NCBI RefSeq assembly: GCF_033153115.1
Contig: NW_026889750.1
Span: forward strand, 3,844,001-3,908,000
Direction: 5' to 3'
Length of the DNA stretch: 64,000 bases
From: Saccostrea echinata
Taxonomy: Eukaryota
Below are positions 53,740 through 64,000 of the stretch, in pieces. Each line of letters starts with the position of its first letter. Position 1 is the stretch's first letter. A program made the position numbers and the translations under genes. Below the pieces are notes generated by a model. That model was given only the letters and a program-made list of their open reading frames with translations, was not told the origin of the DNA and did not search any database.

Positions 53740-54404
53740 GTGTTCCATCTTCTTTCAGTACCAACTTATTTCAGTGCCAAATTTTTCTCCTACATTACTG
53801 CATTATTTCCCTTATTTGACTTTACTGCAACAAAAAGGGGGGGGGGGGCAACCGGTCTTTCAATGAACATTTTCAATAGTAAAAATTATGTTTGGAAAAA
53901 AGTAGGAGGGGGGGGGGGCTATTCATGTACAATGTGTATATAATCATTCCCTTTTTTAACTTCAGGTGAGCACAAAGGCCTCCTTCTAGGAGACTCAGGG
54001 TATCCATGTCGCAGGTTTCTGATGACTCCATATCTCAGCCCAACTACAGAGGCCCAGCAGAGGTTCAATGCATCCCTATGTAGAACACGGGTGCTAGTCG
54101 AGCAGAGTTTCGGCATCCTTAAAAGGCGTTTTTCCTGTCTTCAGGGAACACTTAGGTAATGAATTTTGTTTAAACTGCGTCAAGAATTTTAACTTCTTAT
54201 ATCATGCTTTCACTTTGTTATATGTACACTTTCAGAACATGCCCAGACCAAGCAGCGGCCTACATTGTTGCGTGCGTGGTTTTGCACAATATCGGGATAG
54301 AGCGTGGGGATATTGCGATGGACAGACAGGACGTGATTCACTACAATCCCACGGACCACCACGTTGCGTGTAATGGGACCTTTTCTTTTATGATTTTTAT
54401 ATAG
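48455..54404 (+). CDS. PIF/Harbinger (HARBI1-like) DDE transposase/nuclease, 5 exons, 337 aa
   Basis: Exons 48455-48884, 53215-53327, 53409-53520, 53966-54155, 54236-54404 join without stop or frameshift. Motifs [67 protein letters not shown] and ACVVLHN. Confidence 0.92.
48997..49075. mobile_element. Orphan piggyBac-like terminus in transposase intron 1
   Basis: TTAA-CCCTT followed by a duplicated tcaacgccaaa.cgaca.aaatgtcgttt subterminal repeat; no partner end seen. Confidence 0.5.
52130..52258. mobile_element. Internally deleted, inverted copy of the G-run MITE
   Basis: catggccgtaggaacc ... aactgaaattgcttcctacggccctg; flanks AACAA and AATAA. Confidence 0.7.
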
Positions 54405-54658
54405 ATAAGAAAATTAATGAATGGCCATGGCCAAGTCGTTTTCATGTTTTTCGAAAGGTCCTGTGACGTCATCAGGCTTGACATTTAGCAGCTTTTAATG
54501 TGTAACTAAAATCCTAGAAAATGCTGAAAAATGTAGTTTTTTACGAACGTCTTCACAAGGTTTTTCTCTGGACTTTATTTTAAAACTTGGGTAATTAAGT
54601 AAGAAAGGGAAGGGGGTTATTATTGTTATGTAAACGGCAACTCACGATGAGAAAAAAT

Positions 54659-55682
54659 TAGGGATGTCAATTTTGTCAATAATTCATATTCGAATATTCA
54701 ATGAAAGTATTCGAATATTCGATAAAATAAATAAAATCTGGTATATTTTTAATATGCATCATCCTACTTTCGTGAAAAGTTTAGCGTGTAGGTATTCCTA
54801 TATTGGAAATAAAATTTTATGAAGACTTGTAGGTGTACAATAAGGAATTCCATTTGATATTTGTCAATGTTTGAAATAAATAATTGATTTAAATGTAGAA
54901 AAGCATAATTTTAACAAATGATTCATGTGTATTTATAGTAGCTCCAACTGAGGAACCAGTCATCTTACCAAAGGCAAGATAGTCGTATACTGTTCAGATT
55001 CCAATATGTGTAATTAATTACAGTTATCAGCCTAATCAGAGATATGATTATAATCTTTGATACAATGTTTTAGAAATATAAACAAACATTTCCATAGACA
55101 ATTTTCCTAGGTAATTAACTAATTTCCCGATAATGAATATAAAATTCAGGATTATGTACAACCCGAGATAATCAAGTAATTTACACATTTATTCTGAAAT
55201 TGAGTCCTTTACAATATTAATTACAGACTAATTCCAGCGGACATTCATTTGAATGATCAATTAAATTTGTTTTGATAAGTATACTCTTCAAGTCTTTTAG
55301 ACATTCAAGAAGGTTTTTATTTTGTTGTCCTCGATTCTAGATCCGATCGTATTTAACTAATAAAAACTATGAAAGTTTGTTTTATATTATACATAAAGCA
55401 TTATTGTATAATTCTTTAACACCGTACTCAAAACAAAATAAATAAGTAGTAGATCTATACAAGATAAGAAAGTAGTGAAAGAAATATGGCGATCAAAATT
55501 GATCGCTAGTAAATTAAACAGGGGTAATAAATTCCAGCACTGTTCTAATCAAAATTTATTAATCACAGTACGTCTTTTTATGAAATCCGAAAACACCGAA
55601 TATTCGAATCTTAAATTCATATTCGAATATCAACTCATCGAATGAATATTCGAATGTTCGAATATTCGTTGACACATCCCTG
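54659..55682. mobile_element. hAT-like non-autonomous element with cgaatattcg subterminal palindromes
   Basis: tagggatgtcaa ... ttgacacatccctg; clusters of attcgaatattcg at both ends. Confidence 0.7.
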
Positions 55683-55699
55683 GTCAAAAAATACGACGG

Positions 55700-56197
55700 A
55701 AATATTAAGAACAGGATTCGAACCCGGGTTATCGGATTGCTCAGTAGGAGCACATGACTAGTGATTCAGGGGGCTGGGTTTGATCCATCGCATTTTTCTG
55801 CTTGCTGGTTACATTTGGTGCCTGCCATGCCCAGGAATGCAAGATGAAAAACCTGCCATGCAGGGAAGAGCCTACATATGTTGCTCAATTGAAAGAGTAT
55901 CTGACTTGTGATTCAGGGAGTCAGGGTTCGAATTTTGGTCTGATTCGTCGATTTTCCTCCTCGCAGGTTACATTTGGTGCCATGACTATGCCATGGAAGT
56001 GACAATTGAAAGACCTTTCAGGAAGAACCCGGGTTGGTGTCTTCTGATGCAAACACTTTTAAGGAGGTGGGTAATATGGTGGTCAGGCAGGTTCAATCGC
56101 CGATTACCACATGGCTCAGTTGGTAGAGTATCTGAGTTCCAGGGGCCCGAGTTCGAATCCTGATCTGATTCGTCGTATTTTTCCTCGCTGTGTTCGA
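55700..56197 (+). mobile_element. Tandem TRIM array (LTR-int-LTR-int-LTR) with tRNA-like LTRs, Helenus-type
   Basis: Three tRNA-like units; ttaca followed by TTTGGTGCC (PBS-like) at 55814 and 55973; polypurine tract aaggaggtggg at 56061-56071 before the third LTR. Confidence 0.6.
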
Positions 56198-57394
56198 TTT
56201 TAAGGACCCTCTCTACAACAGTGAATGTTTTTTTTTTTGGACATTGACAAAATTATAGTCTATAAAGGTGTAAATACTGCACTTATTTATTTAATTTTCA
56301 ATATATGGTACGTGCCATTTACTCCCAGGAAAAATGTTCAAAGACAACAATGTATCAAATGAACAGAAATCACTGTTGATTACTTCTGTGGAGAAAATCA
56401 TGGAAATAAAGTGTTCAATAAATTTATCTTGGTCTTTTAATATGTGAAGAATGCTTGAATTGATTACAAATTGTGTAATACATAGTAAATTTCAGTTTAT
56501 TTGAGTTTAGATCTAAGGGCAGATCACTCTAATTGCAGAAAAATTTCACAGAATCAGAACTCTTTAGTGTGCAGTGTAGAGAGGGTTTTAATTATATATC
56601 AATATTATGTATTTATAATTTGTAATTAATAAGCGTATTTATAACGACGCACCAAGTATAGCACTAGTCAAGGACAGATTATTTATTTTCTTGTCAGTCG
56701 AGGACAGATTATTCATTTTCAACATTTTCAAGAGATAGATATTCTTAATATTATAGAAAGAATGGCATGTTTCTTGTTTTGCTGTGAAAATCCCCAAATA
56801 TCTATACGATCAAAATGTAAACAAGCTAATTCAGAGAATTTGTGTTCCCAGCTTAGGGGAAAAAAGAGCATGCGCAGTTCGGGGGTGGGGGGTGGGGGTG
56901 GGGGGTCGGACTCCCCTTGATTTGTAGAATTACTGAGTATTAAATGTATATAATTATGCATATTGAAAGAAATAAAAAAAGCCAATATGGATATAAAGAT
57001 TTGATTGCTTATTCTTTAATATATGTATAGAAGATTCTTTTTGTATAGAATATTATCACACTGTAATAATGATTTTATGAGTTTGTACAAGCCAGACGTC
57101 ATAACTTTTTTCATTTCACATGCTGCACCCCTATTAATGTTATTGTGATTTAAATTCAAGACACGTGGTGTAGGTTGATCCATTCTAAGGTTATAGGGTA
57201 GAACCGGTTTTATAAATAAAATTGGCAGTAAACAGGAAATTGCTATAATCTGTTTCCTATAAAAATGTGTTTCCAGAATTTTCTGAAAGATTTTAAAGAT
57301 TTTAAACAGAAATGAGTGCGATTTAAAAAATCACAACCTTCTTAATTAATCTTCGCTTTTGTGATAATTAACCGCAAAAATTGGAGCTTTACGG

Positions 57395-60300
57395 GTAACG
57401 TCGCGTGTAAATGACTTAGTGTGAGCTTACCTCACTAAACAATTACTGCTAATCAGTACTGAAAAGCGTCTTTGATTGTTTTACAAAGTCATCGGAGCTT
57501 TGTTTGAGTCTCAAAATATTGACTCATTAGTCAAACAGGAAAGTTTATATTTTTTTCACTGTTTTGCCTAATAATAAAAATTGACCAAGCATATTTTAGA
57601 TAGACAGTACATCAAGCATTACAATGAAATGTATTGTAGGACAGTTATATTTTTATTTAAAAGCAAAATTAAATAGCTTGCAATTAAAGAACTTCACTCG
57701 ACACTCCAATTTTCCTCGGGATGTTTGGCACATATCCATTTCAGTCTTTCAATAAAAAAATCAGCAAAAGTATAACTGTTCTTTGACGAGAACTTAGCTC
57801 TAAGTACTGTTATCAGAATATATTCTCTTTATCCTTCCTGGTGCTTGTCTGCATCACTCTCAAAATTTACACTCATTAGTAAACACGAGATTTCTCTCTT
57901 TTTCAATCTTTCATATACCCAAACTAAGCGTTGCATAAAATAATAAACAGCAATGAAAAAATTTGTCGAAAAATCCTTCGGCATTATTACTGCCTTGTTA
58001 ATTCAGATTCGTATGAAAGAGAACAATCATATAAGAAAATGTGAATGAAAATATTCCATCCAGTCTGTTTTTCAGAACTTTTTAAAAAATTAAAAATATA
58101 TTAGAAAATATTGTTAATTTACATTTTATTTTCAATACCATAATGTAAAACAAAAATGGACTGCATTTTATTGATTGACATTGCATTGTAGTGCAATGCA
58201 ATAAAATGCAGCTAAATTCTTATGGTAAACAGTATGAATTCTCTTGTAAACAAAAAAATCCACTCATCATGCAGGCAAAGAGGAGTGTTCATTTCTTTTG
58301 GATCTTTTGCGCATACTCAAACTAGTCATTCGATAAAAAAAATCCCAGTAACACGTAAGTTTGCGAAAGTCCTTGGACTTAATTACTGATTGTTAATTTT
58401 GATTCATATGAAAGAAAACAAATATTTAAGAATATGAGAATAAAAGAAATGCTCTCTAGTCTGTTTTTGAAGCCTTTTTTTTTCAAAGCATAAAATGAAA
58501 AAAAACTGTGTGTGTATTCAATCAGGTTTTAAATTTAATTAAGAAAAAAAATTGACTAAGTTAATTTTGATTGGACAATTTGGCAGGCATCACAATGTAT
58601 CGCATTGTATTACGGCAGAGTGGAGTATGGTGCAATTCTTTTGGATCTTTTGTGCATACTCAAACTAGTCATTCGATAAAAAGAATCCCAGTGACACGTA
58701 AGTTTGCGAAAGTCCTTGGACTTAATTACTGATTGTTAATTTTGATTCATATGAAAGAAAACAAATATTTAAGAATATGAGAATAAAAGAAATGCTCTCT
58801 AGTCTGTTTTTGAAGCCTTTTTTTTTCAAAGCATAAAATGAAAAAAACTGTGTGTGTATTCAGTCAGGTTTTAAATTTAATTAAGAAAAAAAATTGACTA
58901 AGTTAATTTTGATCAGACAATTTGGCAGGCATCACAATGTATCGCATAGTATTACGGCAGAGTGCAGTATGGTGCAATTCTACTTGTATTTAAACAAGCA
59001 CAATTATTTTACTTGTCAGGGTATTAGAAACATTCCCCACCATCCACCCTCCAAAGACAGCTTTTATATACAATTTGTCCTTGTGATCGAATGTTTATTT
59101 GGAAATTTGCATAATGTAAGTTTTGTTTCAAAGTTTGATAACTCAAATTATGTCCCTTTGAACAACGTAGACAAAACGATCATTGATTCCTGCTTTATTT
59201 TATGTAAATGTTTAAGCAATGCTAACGAGTAACAGGCTTGTATACTATATATATAAGACGTTAGAAAGAAATTCACAAATGACCATGTGTTAAAGTCAGA
59301 GTAAATAACGGTGACAGGTAATGTCGCGAGTAAAGGACTTAGTGTGAGCTTATCTCACTAAACAAGTACTGCTAAGCAGTATTGAAAAGCGTCTTTGATT
59401 GTTCTACAAAGTCATCGGAGCTTTGTTTGAGTCTCAAAATATTGACTCATTAGTCAAACAGGAAAGTTTATATTTTTTTCACTGTTTTGCTTAATAATAA
59501 AAATTGACCAAGCATATTTTAGATAGACAGTACATCAAGCATTACAATGAAATGTATTGTAGGACAGTTATATTTTTATTTAAAAGCAAAATTAATTAGC
59601 TTGCAATTAAAGAACTTCACTCGATACTCCAATTTTCCTCGGGATGTTTGGCATATATCCATTTCAGTCTTTCAATAAAAAAATCAGCAAAAGTATAACT
59701 GTTCTTTGACGAGAACTTGGCTCTAAGTACTGTTATCAGAATATATTCTCTTTATCCTTCCTGGTGCTTGTCTGCATCACTCTCAAAATTTACACTCATT
59801 AGTAAACACGAGATTTCTCTCTTTTTCAATCTTTCATATACCCAAACTAAGCGTTGCATAAAATAATAAACAGCAATGAAAAAATTTGTCGAAAAATCCT
59901 TCGGCATTATTACTGCCTTGTTAATTCAGATTCGTATGAAAGAGAACAATCATATAAGAAAATGTGAATGAAAATATTCCATCCAGTCTGTTTTTCAGAA
60001 CTTTTTAAAAAATTAAAAATATATTAGAAAATATTGTTAATTTACATTTTATTTTCAATACCATAATGTAAAACAAAAATGGACTGCATTTTATTGATTG
60101 ACATTGCATTGTAGTGCAATGCAATAAAATGCAGCTAAATTCTTATGGTAAACAGTATGAATTCTCTTGTAAACAAAAAAATCCACTCATCATGCAGGCA
60201 AAGAGGAGTGTTCATTTCTTTTGGATCTTTTGCGCATACTCAAACTAGTCATTCGATAAAAAAAATCCCAGTAACACGTAAGTTTGCGAAAGTCCTTGGA

Positions 60301-63300
60301 CTTAATTACTGATTGTTAATTTTGATTCATATGAAAGAAAACAAATATTTAAGAATATGAGAATAAAAGAAATGCTCTCTAGTCTGTTTTTGAAGCCTTT
60401 TTTTTTTCAAAGCATAAAATGAAAAAAACTGTGTGTGTATTCAGTCAGGTTTTAAATTTAATTAAGAAAAAAAATTGACTAAGTTAATTTTGATTGGACA
60501 ATTTGGCAGGCATCACAATGTATCGCATTGTATTACGGCAGCGTGGAGTATGGTGCAATTCTTTTGGATCTTTTGTGCATACTCAAACTAGTCATTCGAT
60601 AAAAAGAATCCCAGTGACACGTAAGTTTGCGAAAGTCCTTGGACTTAATTACTGATTGTTAATTTTGATTCATATGAAAGAAAACAAATATTTAAGAATA
60701 TGAGAATAAAAGAAATGCTCTCTAGTCTGTTTTTGAAGCCTTTTTTTTTTCAAAGCATAAAATGAAAAAAACTGTGTGTGTATTCAATCAGGTTTTAAAT
60801 TTAATTAAGAAAAAAAATTCACTAAGTTAATTTTGATCAGACAATTTGGCAGGCATCACAATATATCGCATTGTATTACAGCAGAGTGCAGTATGGTGCA
60901 ATTCTTTTGGATCTTTTGCGCATACTCAAACTAGTCATTCGATAAAAAGAATCCCAGTGACACGTAAGTTTGCGAAAGTCCTTGGACTTAATTACTGATT
61001 GTTAATTTTGATTCATATGAAAGAAAACAAATATTTAAGAATATGAGAATAAAAGAAATGCTCTCTAGTCTGTTTTTGAAGCCTTTTTTTTCAAAGCATA
61101 AAATAAAAAAAACTGTGTGTGTATTCAATCAGGTTTTAAATTTAATTAAGAAAAAAAATTGACTAAGTTAATTTTGATCGGACAATTTGGCAGGCATCAC
61201 AATGTATCGCATTGTATTACGGCAGAGTGGAGTATGGTGCAATTCTTTTGGATCTTTTGCGCATACTCAAACTAGTCATTCGATAAAAAAATCCCAGTAA
61301 CACGTAAGTTTGCGAAAGTCCTTGGACTTAATTACTGATTGTTAATTTTGATTCATATGAAAGAAAACAAATATTTAAGAATATGAGAATAAAAGAAATG
61401 CTCTCTAGTCTGTTTTTGAAGCCTTTTTTTTCAAAGCATAAAATAAAAAAAACTGTGTGTGTATTCAATCAGGTTTTAAATTTAATTAAGAAAAAAAATT
61501 GACTAAGTTAATTTTGATCAGACAATTTGGCAGGCATCACAATGTATCGCATTGTATTACGGCAGAGTGGAGTATGGTGCAATTCTTTTGGATCTTTTGC
61601 GCATACTCAAACTAGTCATTCGATAAAAAAATCCCAGTAACACGTAAGTTTGCGAAAGTCCTTGGACTTAATTACTGATTGTTAATTTTGATTCATATGA
61701 AAGAAAACAAATATTTAAGAATATGAGAATAAAAGAAATGCTCTCTAGTCTGTTTTTGAAGCCTTTTTTTTTCAAAGCATAAAATGAAAAAAACTGTGTG
61801 TGTATTCAATCAGGTTTTAAATTTAATTAAGAAAAAAAATTGACTAAGTTAATTTTGATTGGACAATTTGGCAGGCATCACAATGTATCGCATTGTATTA
61901 CGGCAGAGTGGAGTATGGTGCAATTCTTTTGGATCTTTTGCGCATACTCAAACTAGTCATTCGATAAAAAAATCCCAGTGACACGTAAGTTTGCGAAAGT
62001 CCTTGGACTTAATTACTGATTGTTAATTTTGATTCATATGAAAGAAAACAAATATTTAAGAATATGAGAATAAAAGAAATGCTCTCTAGTCTGTTTTTGA
62101 AGCCTTTTTTTTTTCAAAGCATAAAATGAAAAAAACTGTGTGTGTATTCAGTCAGGTTTTAAATTTAATTAAGAAAAAAAATTGACTAAGTTAATTTTGA
62201 TTGGACAATTTGGCAGGCATCACAATGTATCGCATTGTATTGCAGCAGAGTGCAGTATGGTGCAATTCTACTTGTATTTAAACAAGCACAATTATTTTAC
62301 TTGTCAGGGTATTAGAAACATTCCCCACCCTCCACCCTCCAAAGACAGCTTTTATATACAATTTGTCCTTGTGATCGAATGTTTATTTGGAAATTTGCAT
62401 AATGTAAGTTTTGTTTCAAAGTTTGATAACTCAAATTATGTCCCTTTGAACAACGTAGACAAAACGATCATTGATTTCTGCTTTATATTATGTAAATGTT
62501 TAAGCAATGCTAACGAGTAACAGGCTTGTATACTATATATATAAGACGTTAGAAAGAAATTCACAAATGACCATGTGTTAAAGTCAGAGTAAATAACGGT
62601 GACAGGTAATGTCGCGAGTAAAGGACTTAGTGTGAGCTTATCTCACTAAACAAGTACTGCTAAGCAGTATTGAAAAGCGTCTTTGATTGTTCTACATGTG
62701 TACAAAGTCATCGGAGCTTTGTTTGAGTCTCAAAATATTGACTCATTAGTCAAACAGGAAAGTTTATATTTTTTTCACTGTTTTGCTTAATAATAAAAAT
62801 TGACCAAGCATATTTTAGATAGACAGTACATCAAGCATTACAATGAAATGTATTGTAGGACAGTTATATTTTTATTTAAAAGCAAAATTAATTAGCTTGC
62901 AATTAAAGAACTTCACTCGATACTCCAATTTTCCTCGGGATGTTTGGCATATATCCATTTCAGTCTTTCAATAAAAAAATCAGCAAAAGTATAACTGTTC
63001 TTTGACGAGAACTTGGCTCTAAGTACTGTTATCAGAATATATTCTCTTTATCCTTCCTGGTGCTTGTCTGCATCACTCTCAAAATTTACACTCATTAGTA
63101 AACACGAGATTTCTCTCTTTTTCAATCTTTCATATACCCAAACTAAGCGTTGCATAAAATAATAAACAGCAATGAAAAAATTTGTCGAAAAATCCTTCGG
63201 CATTATTACTGCCTTGTTAATTTAGATTCGTATGAAAGAGAACAATCATATAAGAAAATGTGAATGAAAATATTCCATCCAGTCTGTTTTTCAGAACTTT

Positions 63301-64000
63301 TTAAAAAATTAAAAATATATTAGAAAATATTGTTAATTTACATTTTATTTTCAATACCATAATGTAAAACAAAAATGGACTGCATTTTATTGATTGACAT
63401 TGCATTGTAGTGCAATGCAATAAAATGCAGCTAAATTCTTATGGTAAACAGTATGAATTCTCTTGTAAACAAAAAAATCCACTCATCATGCAGGCAAAGA
63501 GGAGTGTTCATTTCTTTTGGATCTTTTGCGCATACTCAAACTAGTCATTCGATAAAAAAATCCCAGTGACACGTAAGTTTGCGAAAGACCTTGGACTTAA
63601 TTACTGATTGTTAATTTTGATTCATATGAAAGAAAACAAATATTTAAGAATATGAGAATAAAAGAAATGCTCTCTAGTCTGTTTTTGAAGCCTTTTTTTT
63701 TCAAAGCATAAAATGAAAAAAAAAAATGTGTGTGTATTCAATCAGGTTTTAAATTTAATTAAGAAAAAAAATTGACTAAGTTAATTTTGATTGGACAATT
63801 TGGCAGGCATCACAATGTATCGCATTGTATTTCAGCAGAGTGCAGTATGGTGCAATTCTTTTGGATCTTTCGCGCATACTCAAACTAGTCATTCGATAAA
63901 AAAAAATCCCAGTAACACGTAAGTTTGCGAAAGTCCTTGGACTTAATTACTGATTGTTAATTTTGATTCATATGAAAGAAAACAAATATTTAAGAATATG
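57395..64000. repeat. Higher-order tandem array: about 1.24-kb spacer plus a variable number of about 342-bp monomers
   Basis: Macro-units start at about 57395, 59318 and 62606. Monomer marker ggatctttt occurs at about 58301, 58644 | 60224, 60567, 60910, 61251, 61591, 61932 | 63520, 63864. Copies are nearly identical. Confidence 0.95.

Noticed and set aside
55735-56165. Functional tRNA genes
   Set aside because: Acceptor stems are degenerate and the units sit in an LTR/PBS/PPT context; treated as TRIM-derived. The same applies to the SINE heads at 27320 and 39430.
54405-57390. Right Harbinger TIR or a downstream Myb/SANT partner ORF
   Set aside because: I found no reverse complement of the 48324 terminus and no spliceable ORF; the region is occupied by other repeats.
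58894-62520. Duplicated 112-aa ORFs (58894-59232 and 62182-62520)
   Set aside because: TTG starts, no motifs, and they span the monomer/spacer junction of the tandem array; they are a by-product of the repeat.
57395-64000. CRISPR-like or rDNA-spacer interpretation of the array
   Set aside because: No short repeat with unique spacers and no rRNA sequence; the context is eukaryotic.

Overview
AT-rich, intron-containing eukaryotic DNA. The repeat landscape (Helentron/HINE-like satellite carriers, Meta-type SINEs, TTAA foldback, MITEs) resembles an oyster-like bivalve; this is inference, not a database match. Splicing by hand gives six gene models. (1) PPP1R2/inhibitor-2 (+, 4 exons). (2) SMYD4 (-, intronless CDS). 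(3) HSPBP1 (+, 6 exons), head-to-head with SMYD4. (4) A di-N-acetylchitobiase (CTBS/GH18)-like gene (-, 8 exons) that has lost the catalytic Glu, carries a C-terminal transmembrane helix and has two duplicated signal-peptide first exons. (5) An unrecognised 126-aa gene (-, 5 coding exons, all phase-0 introns) that the ORF track largely misses. (6) A 5-exon, frame-intact Harbinger/HARBI1-like DDE transposase (+), 310 bp from gene 5 and head-to-head with it, with only one recognisable element end. The rest is nested non-autonomous elements (hAT-like, 5-bp-TSD, MULE-like, Kolobok-like, CACTA-like and Tc1-like MITEs, SINEs, tRNA-bearing TRIMs, a LINE tail), one N-gap, and a recent higher-order tandem array from about 57.4 kb to the window end.
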